A DNA stretch of 64,000 nt from an uncultured Verrucomicrobiae bacterium (GTDB lineage Bacteria > Verrucomicrobiota > Verrucomicrobiia > Limisphaerales > Palsa-1400): NCBI GenBank assembly GCA_963707025.1, contig CAVPOM010000015.1:160001-224000 (forward strand), read 5' to 3'. The position numbers were made by a program, and so were the translations under genes. Below the pieces are notes generated by a model. The model was not told where the DNA came from. It did no database searches and saw nothing but the letters and a program-made list of their open reading frames with translations. Shown here piece after piece: positions 40,906-51,510 of this stretch. Numbering within the stretch: the stretch's first letter is position 1; the number at the start of each line of letters is the position of its first letter.

Positions 40906-43221
40906 ATGATAAGGACGGTTCGAGTTTCCATTCTAGTGACAGCTTTGGCCCTGGCCGGCGCGCGCCTCCCGGAGGCCCGGGCGCAAGGCAATGAGATCAT
41001 TTATTCCAACAGCTTGCAAAATGGGTGGGCCAATTGGAGTTGGGCGACCAATAATTTAAGCTGCACCAGTCCCGTCCTTCCGGGCTATTCCGACTCGATC
41101 AGCGTCTCCTGCAGTAATAACACCGCCCTCTATTTGCATCAGGCCCCTTCGGATTCGACGCCCTTCACCAACCTGACCTTTTGGCTCAATGGCGGGACCT
41201 CCGGCCATCAGGTCCTGACGGTGACAGGTACGCTCAGTGAGACTCACCAGACCCTTTATACCCTGCCGGCCCTGGTCGCCAACACCTGGCAGCAATTTAC
41301 CGTTTCCCTTGCGTCCTTGGGCGTGGCCGGCCAGCCCAACTTTGACGGCATTTGGATCTGGAACGACAACAATTTCACCATCCCGACCTTTTATGTCGAG
41401 GACATCGTCCTGGTGGCCGGGCCGCCGCCGGGGCCGAACCCGACTAATTTTATTGGAATTGACGCCGGCGCCAATCGCAAGCCGATCAGTCCGCAGATTT
41501 ACGGCACTGCCTTTGCCACCTCCAATCAACTGGCCGATTTGAATTTCACCATGAACCGGTCGGGCGGGAATGAAGAAACGACCTATAATTGGGAGATCAA
41601 CGCCCACGGCAAGGGCGCCGATTGGTATTTTGAGAGTTATCCCGACAGTTCCGCCACACCCGGGGAGTCGGCGGACTCGGTTGTGGCCAACAGCAAGAGC
41701 GGCGGAGCACAGCCGATGATCACCATCCCCATGATCGGCTGGTCGCCCATGCTCGGGGCCGGCCGGAGCATCCTCTACAGCTATGCCGTGAGCAACTACG
41801 GCCCGCAAACCTCCGTGGACCCGTACCTGACCAATGCCGGCAACGGCATCAGCATCACCAACGACACGCCCATCACCTGGAACAATCCCAACGACGCCAA
41901 TTTCCCCACCAACATCGCCTTTCAGCAGGGCTATGTGCAGCATCTCCTGGGCCGGTGGGGGGCGTCCACCAACGGGGGTGTCGGCTATTACCTCATGGAC
42001 AACGAGCACAGCATTTGGTTTTCCACCCACCAGGACATCCATCCCGTCGGGCCAACCATGCAGGAAATCTGGACCAAAATGCTCGCCGCGGCCAGCATGG
42101 TCAAATCCAACGACCCCAACGCGCTCGTGCTCGGTCCGGAAGAATGGGGCTGGCCGGGTTATTTCTACAGCGGCTACGACCAGCAATGGTCCGGTCAACA
42201 CTCGGATTACAACCCGGCCGACTATCCCGACCGCTCCAGCAACGGCGGGTGGGATTACATGCCCTGGCTGCTCAGCCAGTTTTATCAGCACAACACCAAT
42301 TCCGGGCAGCGCCTGCTGGATTACTTCACGCTGCATTGCTATCCGCAGGAAGGCGACGTGGGCAGCCAAGACGACGTCTCCACCACGACGGCCCTGCTGC
42401 GCAACCAGTCCACCCGCCAGTTCTGGGATTCCAACTATGTGGACCCGAGTTGGATCAACAGCGTCATCATGCTCATCCCCCGGATGAAAGGCTGGGTTTC
42501 GACCAATTATCCCGGCACCAAAATCGGCATCACCGAATACAACTGGGGCGCCGAGCCTTACCTCAACGGCGCCACCGCCCAGGCCGACCTTCTGGGAATC
42601 TTCGGACGCCAGGGATTGGACCTGGCCACACGCTGGACGACCCCCGCCAACACCACGCCGACTTACCTGGCCATGAAAATGTATCGCAATTACGACGGCA
42701 ACCGCTCCGCCTTCGGCGACACCAGCCTGCTGGCGGGCGGGCCGGATCCCGACAATGTCGCGGTCTTCGCGGCCCAGCGTTCCACCGACGAGGCCCTGAC
42801 GGTCATGGTGGTCAGCAAGTACTTGACGGGCACGACGCCGCTGGCCGTCAACCTCACCAACTTCCTGGGCAACGGCACCGCCCAAGTCTGGCAGCTCAAC
42901 GCCAGCAATGTCATCGCCCGCCTGGGCGATTTGACCTGGAGCAACGGCGCCTTGCAAACGACCGTGCCCGGCCAAAGCGTCACCCTGCTGGTTCTACCGC
43001 CCAGTTCCGCGCTGGCCCTCGTGCCCGGAGCGCCGCGGACCGACGGGCAATTCGAATTCTGGGTCAACGGGGAAATTGGACGCAGCTTTGTCTTGCAATC
43101 CTCCACCAACCTTTTGCGCTGGACCCCCGCCAGCACCAACACCTTTGCGGGCGCCAGCGCCCGTTTTCTGCTTCCCGGCGGCTCGCGCCCTCAATTCTGC
43201 CGCGCCGTGCTCTCGCATTGA
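40906..43221 (+). CDS. Secreted GH44 endoglucanase/xyloglucanase with an N-terminal CBM-like domain and a conserved C-terminal domain
   Basis: Signal peptide ending PEARA; NRSGGNEETTYNWE, MDNEHSIW..THQDIHP, ITEYNWG (two catalytic Glu); C-terminal LQSSTNLLRW...FCRAV. Confidence 0.9.
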   Translation: MIRTVRVSILVTALALAGARLPEARAQGNEIIYSNSLQNGWANWSWATNNLSCTSPVLPGYSDSISVSCSNNTALYLHQAPSDSTPFTNLTFWLNGGTSGHQVLTVTGTLSETHQTLYTLPALVANTWQQFTVSLASLGVAGQPNFDGIWIWNDNNFTIPTFYVEDIVLVAGPPPGPNPTNFIGIDAGANRKPISPQIYGTAFATSNQLADLNFTMNRSGGNEETTYNWEINAHGKGADWYFESYPDSSATPGESADSVVANSKSGGAQPMITIPMIGWSPMLGAGRSILYSYAVSNYGPQTSVDPYLTNAGNGISITNDTPITWNNPNDANFPTNIAFQQGYVQHLLGRWGASTNGGVGYYLMDNEHSIWFSTHQDIHPVGPTMQEIWTKMLAAASMVKSNDPNALVLGPEEWGWPGYFYSGYDQQWSGQHSDYNPADYPDRSSNGGWDYMPWLLSQFYQHNTNSGQRLLDYFTLHCYPQEGDVGSQDDVSTTTALLRNQSTRQFWDSNYVDPSWINSVIMLIPRMKGWVSTNYPGTKIGITEYNWGAEPYLNGATAQADLLGIFGRQGLDLATRWTTPANTTPTYLAMKMYRNYDGNRSAFGDTSLLAGGPDPDNVAVFAAQRSTDEALTVMVVSKYLTGTTPLAVNLTNFLGNGTAQVWQLNASNVIARLGDLTWSNGALQTTVPGQSVTLLVLPPSSALALVPGAPRTDGQFEFWVNGEIGRSFVLQSSTNLLRWTPASTNTFAGASARFLLPGGSRPQFCRAVLSH

Positions 43222-43262
43222 AATCCGCACCTTCCCGGGCAAGGGTTGCACAAAGGGCAAAA

Positions 43263-43343
43263 GGTCAAACTATAGCTTCGCCCAACTTGTAAGTGAGAAA
43301 TGCACCTGAAAACACTCAAAAGGGACAAAGCTATAGTTTGACC
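43263..43343. repeat. 81-bp element with 16-bp perfect inverted repeats (MITE/REP-like or bidirectional terminator)
   Basis: ggtcaaactatagctt (43263-43278) and aagctatagtttgacc (43328-43343) between convergent genes. Confidence 0.7.
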
Positions 43344-43385
43344 GCTCACTTCCCCGCGCCTGGTTTCAGTGCGGTGACACCCGCT

Positions 43386-44291
43386 TCAACCATCCACCGG
43401 TCTCGGCAGCGCGTGCGAACCCGCCCCATGCACTTCTGCCAGCGCCAGGGTGCGCGCCGGGTCTTGATTGTTCTTGGCCGCCAGGCTCTCCCCTGCCTTG
43501 GCCGCCAGGGGGGCTTGCCGTACCCCGGCCCGGGCCGTTCTCCTTCCCATCCATACGTCCCAGCATTGCCGCAGGATGGCGGCGAATGTGCCGGCCAGAA
43601 TCCTCAGGTCCAACAAAAGGGACTTCTGCTCCACATATTGCAGGTCCAACTCCATCATCTTCTGGAAAGTAGTCCGGTTCTTCCCACGGACCTGCCAAAG
43701 CCCGGTCAACCCGGGCAGGGTCGCGCATCGCTGGCGATGTGGTATCTGGAACTTTTCGTATTCGTAAACGGTCGCGGGCCGCGGACCCACCAAGCTCATT
43801 TCGCCGCGCAAGACGTTGATTAATTGCGGCAGTTCATCCAATCCCAGGCTTCGCAGCCAGAGACCTCCCGGAATCAAGCGCGCGTCACCGCTGTTATCCA
43901 GCTTCTGCATCGGCCGGCCGGAAGTCATCAACTGGTTCAGATGCTCCCGGTGAACCGTCGTGTCCGCACCCATCTTCATGGTGCGGAATTTCAAACAAGG
44001 AAACCGCCCGCCCATGTGCCCGATTCGTTCCTGGCGAAACAAGGCCGGGCCGGGTGAAACCATCTTGATCAGGATGGCGATGAGGCCCGAAAGCGGCAGC
44101 CAAATCGGGGAAGCCAATAAAACCAAGGTTAAATCCAAACGGCGCTTCCACTTCGGCACCTGGCTCCGGGCGAGACGAGCCGAACGGACATACTGATTCA
44201 CTTGGGCCGGGTTTACCGGTGTGTTCGACAACGAATGCACTCGAAAACTGTAGCACCCCATCGGCTCGAAAACCATTGCCTGCAATTCCAA
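43386..44291 (-). CDS. Polyprenyl-phosphate sugar phosphotransferase (Bac_transf, short WcaJ/PglC-like); start uncertain, may be near 44240
   Basis: KRRLDL, KFRTM, LDELPQLINVLRGEMSLVGPRP, PGLTGLWQV. Confidence 0.9.
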   Translation of the reverse strand: MELQAMVFEPMGCYSFRVHSLSNTPVNPAQVNQYVRSARLARSQVPKWKRRLDLTLVLLASPIWLPLSGLIAILIKMVSPGPALFRQERIGHMGGRFPCLKFRTMKMGADTTVHREHLNQLMTSGRPMQKLDNSGDARLIPGGLWLRSLGLDELPQLINVLRGEMSLVGPRPATVYEYEKFQIPHRQRCATLPGLTGLWQVRGKNRTTFQKMMELDLQYVEQKSLLLDLRILAGTFAAILRQCWDVWMGRRTARAGVRQAPLAAKAGESLAAKNNQDPARTLALAEVHGAGSHALPRPVDG

Positions 44292-44476
44292 TCGTCATAG
44301 GGAAGTTTACGCATCCAGCCTAAAGGTTTACTTAGAAGCGCCGGGGACCGAAGCCTCCGAAACCGGCCGGCAAAACGACCGCCGGGCGGCGGAGGCGTTT
44401 TGGCGCTTTGGACGCGGGATTCATTGCAAGCCGCGGATTTGCAGGACGCACTCACCTTCCCGCCCCGGCCGATTTC

Positions 44477-45148
44477 TTATTTCTCCCACTGGACGGCAAA
44501 CCGGATCAACTGGGCGCTGTTCTGGAGATTGAGTTTCTTTCGGATGTTGGCGCCATGGACGGCGATGGTTTTGGCGCTGAGGTGGAGTTGCTGGGAAATT
44601 TCCTTGGGCGCCGCGCCCTTGCCGAGAAGCTGAAAGATTTCAAATTCGCGGTCGGTCAGTATCTCCATGGGCGACCGGTTCTGCTGCGGGTGTCCGGAAA
44701 AGCGGCGCAGGACAATCTCCGACACTTCCTCGCTCACATAGATCTGGTTGCTGAACACCTGGCGGATGGCCCGGATCAATTCTTCCGGCGGCCGCTGTTT
44801 GGTGATGTAGCCGCTGGCGCCGGCGCGCAGCATCCGCTCAGCGTAAAGCGATTCGTCATGCATGGAAATGGCCAGGATTCTTAACAGGGGATGCAGGGCC
44901 TTGAGGTCTTTGACCAGTTCCAGCCCGCCCTTGCCGGGCAGCGTAATATCCACCAGGGCCAGGTCCGGCGCCAGCTTCTGCACGGCCGCCAGGGCCTGGT
45001 GGGCATTCTCCACTTCGCCGCAGACCAGCAGGTCCGGCTCGCGGTTGATCGTGGTGCGCAGCCCTTCGCGCATCAAAGGATGGTCATCCACGATCAGGAT
45101 TTTCTTTCGCGCCGGCGGCTGGTGCGGGCCTGGCTTTTGCTTGGGCAT
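44477..45148 (-). CDS. NarL/LuxR-family response regulator
   Basis: IVDDHP, LVDITLP, GYITK; C-terminal LTDRE...LSAKT HTH. Confidence 0.93.
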   Translation of the reverse strand: MPKQKPGPHQPPARKKILIVDDHPLMREGLRTTINREPDLLVCGEVENAHQALAAVQKLAPDLALVDITLPGKGGLELVKDLKALHPLLRILAISMHDESLYAERMLRAGASGYITKQRPPEELIRAIRQVFSNQIYVSEEVSEIVLRRFSGHPQQNRSPMEILTDREFEIFQLLGKGAAPKEISQQLHLSAKTIAVHGANIRKKLNLQNSAQLIRFAVQWEK

Positions 45149-45149
45149 G

Positions 45150-47285
45150 TCAATTCTTTCTCCCGGGGGTTGGCCCCTGGCTCTGGCAGAGGCCCTGGCC
45201 GGACCGATGCACCGAACAGACGACCCGGGTGCCGCCGCCGGCCTCCCTCTGCACAGCGAAGGATCCGCCGATCATTCCCATGCGGTAACGCATGATGCGC
45301 AAGCCCATGCCTGCCTTCCGGCCGTTCCGGGCCGGGATGCCCGCCCCATCGTCTTTTACCGCCAGATTAATGCGTTCCGGCGTCTTGCTCAGGATGATCT
45401 CAATCCGCCCGGATTTGCCATGCTTGACGGCGTTGGTAATGGCCTCCTGGGCGATCCGGTAGAGGTGCGTCGCGACCGCGTTGTCCTCAATCAAGACCGG
45501 TCGCCGGCAGGAGAAACGGCATTGGACGCGGAACATGGTTTTGGTGCGCGCGGCCAGTGATTTCAGGGCTGCCATCAGGCCGTTGGATTCCGGTTCCACG
45601 GGATGCAGGCCGCGGGCCAGGTCGCGGGTCTGCGCGATGGCCTCGTAGATCACCTTGAGGATTCTGCCCAATTGCCGGGCTTCCGGCAGGCCCTTGGCGG
45701 CCAGGTTCATTTGCAGCGTATTGGTCATGTAAGCCGTGCCCGCCAGAAGCTGGCCCAGTCCGTCATGGATGTCATGGGCGATGCGATAGTGTTCCTGCTC
45801 GCTGATTTGCAGGATTTCCTTTTCCATCGCGATGCGGTCCGTGATGTCCCTCACAAAAACGGAGGAATACCGGAACTGGCCGTCGCTCCAGAACGAATTG
45901 GCGTCCACCAACACGATGCGGATCGCGCCATTCTTGCACCGCAGCGGCATGCGAAAGTTGCGCACCGTCTCCTGGGCCGCCAGCCGCTGCAACAACTCCT
46001 GGCCCTGGGACGGTTCCACGCTGAACTCGTTGAAGAAATGTCCCAGGTATTCCTCAGCCGGGCAGCCCAGCAGGTCCAGTTGCGCCTGATTGGCGCGCAG
46101 GATGGCGCCGCTGGCCGACAACCAGACCAGGCCGATGGGCGCCAGATTGAAGAAACTGGAGAGGGTGCGTTCGCTGGCGCGCAGGGCTTGTTCCGCCTCT
46201 TTGCGCGCGGTCAGGTCGGAAATCGCCGTCAGGGCAAAGGAAATGTCGTCGCTGACCTGGCTCAGGAGGCTCAATTCGCTTTCATCAAAGGAACCCGCGC
46301 GCGACGCATAGACTTGAAAGGAGCCCGTCACCCTGCCCGCGATCCGGATGGGAAACGCCGCCACATAAAACAGCCCGAACTTCATGGCCCGGTCGTGCCA
46401 TGGGGCCATGCTGGCGTCATGGTCAATATCCTCGATCACGACAGGCTGGTTTTTGCGGATGGCCGTGCCGACCGGCCCGCCCCCTTCCAGCTCGTCGCGC
46501 GCCACCACCCGGATGCCCTCAAGATATCCGGTCGCGCCGGCCTGCGCCACCGGTTGCACCGATCCGTCCGGCGAGACCATGCCGATCCAGGCCAGTTTGA
46601 AACCGCCGCTTTCCACGGCCACCCGGCAAATCTCATTGAGCAGTTTCTGCTGGTCGGGCACATGGACAATGGCGCGATCCACTCCGCCCAGGATGGCCCG
46701 CACCCGGTTGAGTTGGGCGATTCGTTCCTCCGCCCGCTTGCGTTCGGTGATGTCCGTGACGCTGGCCCGGCATTGCTTCCTGGGACTGGCCTTGTCGCGC
46801 ATCGCCTCGGCATGGACGAACAGCCGTTTGCCCTGCGCATTGACCAGGTCCAGCTCCACGCTCTGCCGCGCCTTCGCGCTGAACACCTGGCGGCAAAACA
46901 AATAAAACGCGTCCTGCCCTTCCGCCGGGACGAAGCGGGAGAACTTTTGCTGGATCAACCGGCCGCGTTCCAGACCGAGCAATTCACCGGCACTCACATT
47001 GGCTTCCAGAATCTCGCCTTGCCCGCCCAAGGTGAGGTGGGCCACCGGCGCAAAATTGTAGAGGTCGGCATAGCGATCCATCGCTTGCTGCAATTCCTGC
47101 TGCGTCCGGCGCAGTTCGTCATTCTGCATCTCCAGCTCGATCTGGTGGACTTGCAGTTCGTGCATCACCTTCTGCGCGTCATCCACCGGCATCTGCGCCA
47201 CTTCGCGCCGCGTCAGGGCCATCAACTGTTCCGCGCGGGCGCGCAGTCTTCCGGGAGAGACGGAAGGTTTGCGGTGCGCCTTCAT
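45150..47285 (-). CDS. Cytoplasmic PAS-GAF-PAS sensor histidine kinase (HisKA_3)
   Basis: HELQVHQIELEMQN coiled coil; two PAS domains ending DITE/DITD; GAF; RIAHDIHDGLGQ; EAITNAVKH; DDGAG; GMGL. Confidence 0.9.
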   Translation of the reverse strand: MKAHRKPSVSPGRLRARAEQLMALTRREVAQMPVDDAQKVMHELQVHQIELEMQNDELRRTQQELQQAMDRYADLYNFAPVAHLTLGGQGEILEANVSAGELLGLERGRLIQQKFSRFVPAEGQDAFYLFCRQVFSAKARQSVELDLVNAQGKRLFVHAEAMRDKASPRKQCRASVTDITERKRAEERIAQLNRVRAILGGVDRAIVHVPDQQKLLNEICRVAVESGGFKLAWIGMVSPDGSVQPVAQAGATGYLEGIRVVARDELEGGGPVGTAIRKNQPVVIEDIDHDASMAPWHDRAMKFGLFYVAAFPIRIAGRVTGSFQVYASRAGSFDESELSLLSQVSDDISFALTAISDLTARKEAEQALRASERTLSSFFNLAPIGLVWLSASGAILRANQAQLDLLGCPAEEYLGHFFNEFSVEPSQGQELLQRLAAQETVRNFRMPLRCKNGAIRIVLVDANSFWSDGQFRYSSVFVRDITDRIAMEKEILQISEQEHYRIAHDIHDGLGQLLAGTAYMTNTLQMNLAAKGLPEARQLGRILKVIYEAIAQTRDLARGLHPVEPESNGLMAALKSLAARTKTMFRVQCRFSCRRPVLIEDNAVATHLYRIAQEAITNAVKHGKSGRIEIILSKTPERINLAVKDDGAGIPARNGRKAGMGLRIMRYRMGMIGGSFAVQREAGGGTRVVCSVHRSGQGLCQSQGPTPGRKN

Positions 47286-50200
47286 GCCGGCGCCCCCTTT
47301 CCACGGCGGCGCGGCTTCTTTTCCGCTGGCGGTCCGGCGGTTTTATCTTCAAAGGCCAGCAGAATCATTTCCGGCACGCCCGGCTCCCGCTTCAGCCGCC
47401 GCGCATTCAAGAGCAGCGTGCGGCGCCCCAGGCCGGGGAAATCCTGCTCCACCTTGAAATCCTGGAAGCTGGCGTTGCGCGGCAAAATTTCTTCGAGCAG
47501 TTTGCGCAGGGCGGGGAGGTTCCATTGTCCGCCGCCCAGTTCGTAAATCAACTGGCGCTCCACTTTGCGGGCGGTCGTTTTGAAGGTGTGATAGAACGCC
47601 GGATTGGCCGAAACCACGCAGAGGTTTTCGTCGAGCACGAGCAAGGATTCGCGCACGGTGGCGACGATGCTCTCGGCGTAGGTCCGGGCTTGCTGGGCCG
47701 CCCGCTCGGCCAGCTTCAGCCGGTTGATGTCCACGAACGTCACCACCAGCCCGTCAATCACATTTTCCGTCGTGCGATAAGGCGAGATGCGCACCAGCCG
47801 CCACTCGCCCTGGCGCGTCCGCACCTCCTTTTCCTTGAATCCCAGCTTGCCCAGCACCTCGGCGGCGTCGGCCTGGAGCTGGTCGTATTGGAGATTGGAA
47901 GCCAGGTCGCCGATGGGCCGGCCCACGTCCGAATGGATGAGCTTGACCAGCTTGGTGGCCTCGGCGGTGAAGCGCTTGATGTGCAGTTTCTGATCCAGAA
48001 AAATGGTGGCAATGCTCGTGCTGTTGAGCAGGTTCTGCATGTCGTCGTTGGCCTGCGACAGGTTGTCCAGCTTGCCCTGCAACTGGGCATTGACCGTCTG
48101 CAATTCCTCGTTGAGCGACTGCATCTCCTCCTTGGACGTTTCCAGCTCCTCGTTGGCGCTCTGCAATTCTTCGTTGGTGGACTGCAGCTCTTCGTTGGTG
48201 GATTTCAATTCTTCGTTGGAAGTCTGCAACTCCTCCACCGTTCTCTGCAAGGTCTCCCGGGTGTAGCGCAACTCCCGCTCCAATTCGGGGGCGCCGCCCG
48301 GCAGCGGCCTGGCCGGATGACGCGGCGCTTTGCCGGCCGGCCGCTTCACCACCGGCTCGGTCCGGAAGGTCACCAGAAACAAGCCGCGCACCGCTTCCGG
48401 ATCGGTCAGCTTGGCCACGGTCAGCCGCACCGCGGCAAAACCGCCGTTGGTTTTGACCCGCAGGGCTTCGTGGACCACCTCGCCCTTTTGCGCCGCCGCC
48501 TGGCGCAGCGCCGCGGGCAGTTCCAGGCGCAACCCTTCGCGCGCCATTTCCAGAATGTTCCAACGCGGCTGGCCGGTGGCCGGTTCCAGATAATCGCCCG
48601 TGCGCCCGTGGATATGGAGGATGTCGCCGCGATCGTTGACGATGACGCTGGCCGGCGCGTAGCGCGTCAGCAGCACTTTCTCGACCATCGTGGAGAGAAG
48701 CTGCTTGGGCGGGTGTTCCACCGCGTCGGCTGGGCTGCCGGGGCCGCGCTGGCCGGGGCTGCCGCCGCGGTGAATTCAGGAGGCAAGGCATGACCCGCCC
48801 CGGCCTCCTGGCGCGCAAAGATTTTCCATTTCTTGTTCATAAAGGCGAAGTGGCCGCTCAGACCGGTGATGCTCTCGGACGATCCCAAAAACAGGATCCC
48901 CCCCGGATTCAGCGCGTAATGGAACAAGGAGAGAAGCCGCACCTGGGCGGCGGGTTTGAGGTAAATCAGCAAATTGCGGCAGGCGACCAGATCCAGCCTG
49001 GTGAACGGCGGATCTTTCAAAACATTCTGGGGCGCGAACACGACCATCTCGCGAATCTCCTTCTTGATGCGGCAGGCGCCATCCTCCTTGAGGAAGAACC
49101 GCGCCAGCCGTTCCGGGCTCATATCGCCGGCGATGCCCTCCGGGTAAGCCCCGGCGCGCGCGGTGTCAATGGATTCGTGGTCCAAATCCGTCCCGAAAAT
49201 CTGCACCGGAAAATGCCGCTTCAGCTTGTCCATCCCCTCCTGCAACACCATCGCCAGGGAATAGGCCTCCTCGCCGGACGAACAACCCGCCACCCACACC
49301 CGCACCGGCGCGTCCTCCGGGTGGCCGGCCAGCAGCGCGGGCACGGCCGTTTTGGCCAGCGCGGTGAAGGCTTCCGCGTCGCGGAAAAAGCTGGTCACAC
49401 CGATGAGCAATTCCTTGAACAGCAGGTCCAGCTCATGGGGATTTTCCTGCAACAGGCGCAGGTATTGCTCGGGACCTTTTAATTGATGCATGTTGACCCG
49501 CCGTTCGATGCGCCGGCGGATGGTGTGGGCTTTATAGAAGAAGAAATCGTGCCCGGCGCGCGCGCGCAACAAGACGAGGATTTTCTGCATCGGTTCGGGA
49601 AGCACCTCCGCGCCGCCAGGCCCGCTTTGGCTCGCAGCCAGATACCGCCCCCGGGTGGAGGCGGCCAGTTGTTCGGGCAGCCGTTCCGCCGGCAAAATGT
49701 AATCCACCAGCCCCGTGGCGATGGCGCTGGAGGGCATCCCGGAATACCTGGCCGAGTCCGGCGCCTGGGCCATGGTCATCCCGCTGGCGCCTTTGATGGC
49801 TCTCAGACCCAGCGTGCCGTCCGTGCCCGTGCCGGAGAGCACAATGCCGATGGCCTTCTCCTTCTGGTCCTCGGCCAGCGAATGGAAAAAATAATCAATC
49901 GGCAGCCGCAATAAACCCGGTTCGTCCAGCTCCATGACGTGCAGCGCGCCGTGGAGAATGGCCAGGTAGCCGTCCGGCAGCGACATGTAAACCGCGTTGG
50001 GTTCCACCGCCATGCCGTCGGCCGCGTGCCGCACCGGCATGCGCGTGCATTTGCCCAGCAACTCCGGCAGCAAACTGACGTGACCGGGATGCAGGTGCGT
50101 GACCACGACAAACGCCATGCCGCAATCGGCGGGCACGTGCAAAAAGAATTTCTCCAGCGCTTCCAGTCCGCCGGCCGACGCCCCCAGGCCGACGATGGGA

Positions 50201-50331
50201 AAGGATTTGAGGGCCAGGGGCGCGCCCGGAAAGGTGGACAGGACGGCGGCAGATTTCACCGGGATTTTCGTCCCCGATTTCTTGCCGCGGATTGATCGGT
50301 CTGCTTTCAGCACTTTCTTATTCCTCGCCAT
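47282..50331 (-). CDS. CheB methylesterase-CheR methyltransferase-PAS fusion protein (single frameshift near 48720-48760, likely assembly error)
   Basis: GASAGG, THL, SGTGTDG (CheB triad); GVTSFFRD, GCSSGEEAYS, CRNLLIY (CheR); downstream frame has PAS, an NEEL heptad coil and two more PAS domains. Confidence 0.88.
48098..48235 (-). repeat. 21-bp coding repeats (LQSxNEE heptads)
   Basis: LQTSNEE-LKSTNEE-LQSTNEE-LQSANEE-LETSKEE-MQSLNEE. Confidence 0.85.
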
Positions 50332-50531
50332 AACACCAGATCAGCTCAGGGATTCTCTGCCATGCACTGAGGCAAGCATAGCAGGCCGGACACACCCGCA
50401 AAGAAGATTATTGCGCCTGCGCCAATTACTTTGCGGCTCAGGGAAATCGTCCCGGCCGCCACCGCCCGCTTCCGACAGGCCCGCCATTTTGCGCTGGCGC
50501 AGGGGCGGGCCCCATTGCCATCATCGGCCGG

Positions 50532-51422
50532 ATGGAATTTATCCGCGATATTCATGCCAGGAAAGCCGCCGCCGGGCAACCGGTCGTCTCCTTTGAGTTC
50601 TTTCCGCCCAAAACAGACGAGGGCGACCGCACCCTCCTGGAAAACACCCTCCCGGCCCTCAAGGCCGTGCAGCCGGATTATTGCTCCGTCACCTACGGCG
50701 CGGGCGGCGGCACGCGCGAAAAGACGCTCCGGATCGTGGATAGAATCCAGCGCGAACACGGCCTGACCACCATGTGCCACCTGACCTGCGTCCAGGCCAC
50801 GGTGGAGGAATTGCGCGGGGTGCTCTTGCAAGCCAGGGGGCTGGGCGTCAAAAATATCCTGGCCCTGCGCGGAGACCCGCCGGGCGGCCACGGCGTCTTC
50901 ACCCGCGCGGAGGGCGGATTTGAGTATTCCTGGCAACTGGTGCAATTCATCAAGGAGATGGGCGGGTTTGGCATCGGCGCGGCTGGTTTCCCGGAGGGCC
51001 ACATCGCCTGCCGGGAAGGGCGCGAGGCGGACTGGGACCACTTGAAATACAAGATTGATTGCGGGGTGGATTTCGTCTTGACCCAACTTTTCTTCGCCAA
51101 CGCGGATTTTTTCCGCTTCCGCGATTACCTCTGGAAGAAGGGCGTGACCGTCCCGCTTTGCCCCGGCATCATCCCGATCCTGAGCGCGCACCAGATCCAA
51201 CGCTTCACCGCGCTGTGCGGCGCGGCCCTGCCCGCCCCTTTGCTGGCCAGCCTGGAAAAATACAGGGATGACGACCAGGCCTGCGCGGAATTCGGCATTG
51301 AATACGCCACCCAACAATGCGCCGAATTACTGCGCCAGGGCGTGCCGGGCCTGCACTTTTACACCTTGAACAAAGCCCGTTCCGCCGCCGCGGTCGTGCG
51401 CAACCTCCCCCTGGGCCGGTGA
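50532..51422 (+). CDS. metF: 5,10-methylenetetrahydrofolate reductase
   Basis: SFEFFPPK, SVTYGAGG, HLTC, LALRGDPP, TQLFF, HFYTLN. Confidence 0.95.
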   Translation: MEFIRDIHARKAAAGQPVVSFEFFPPKTDEGDRTLLENTLPALKAVQPDYCSVTYGAGGGTREKTLRIVDRIQREHGLTTMCHLTCVQATVEELRGVLLQARGLGVKNILALRGDPPGGHGVFTRAEGGFEYSWQLVQFIKEMGGFGIGAAGFPEGHIACREGREADWDHLKYKIDCGVDFVLTQLFFANADFFRFRDYLWKKGVTVPLCPGIIPILSAHQIQRFTALCGAALPAPLLASLEKYRDDDQACAEFGIEYATQQCAELLRQGVPGLHFYTLNKARSAAAVVRNLPLGR

Positions 51423-51510
51423 CGCCCGCGCTGATCGGCATGGCTTGGTAATCATGGTATTTAGAGATTAAAATCCTTTCTCTGACACGATTCGGTGCGA
51501 GATTATCGGC

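Noticed and set aside
50332..50531. SAM or SAH riboswitch upstream of metF
   Set aside because: Only a generic CCGCAAAG/CTTTGCGG stem; I could not find the SAM-I or SAH core motifs. An Rfam search would be decisive.
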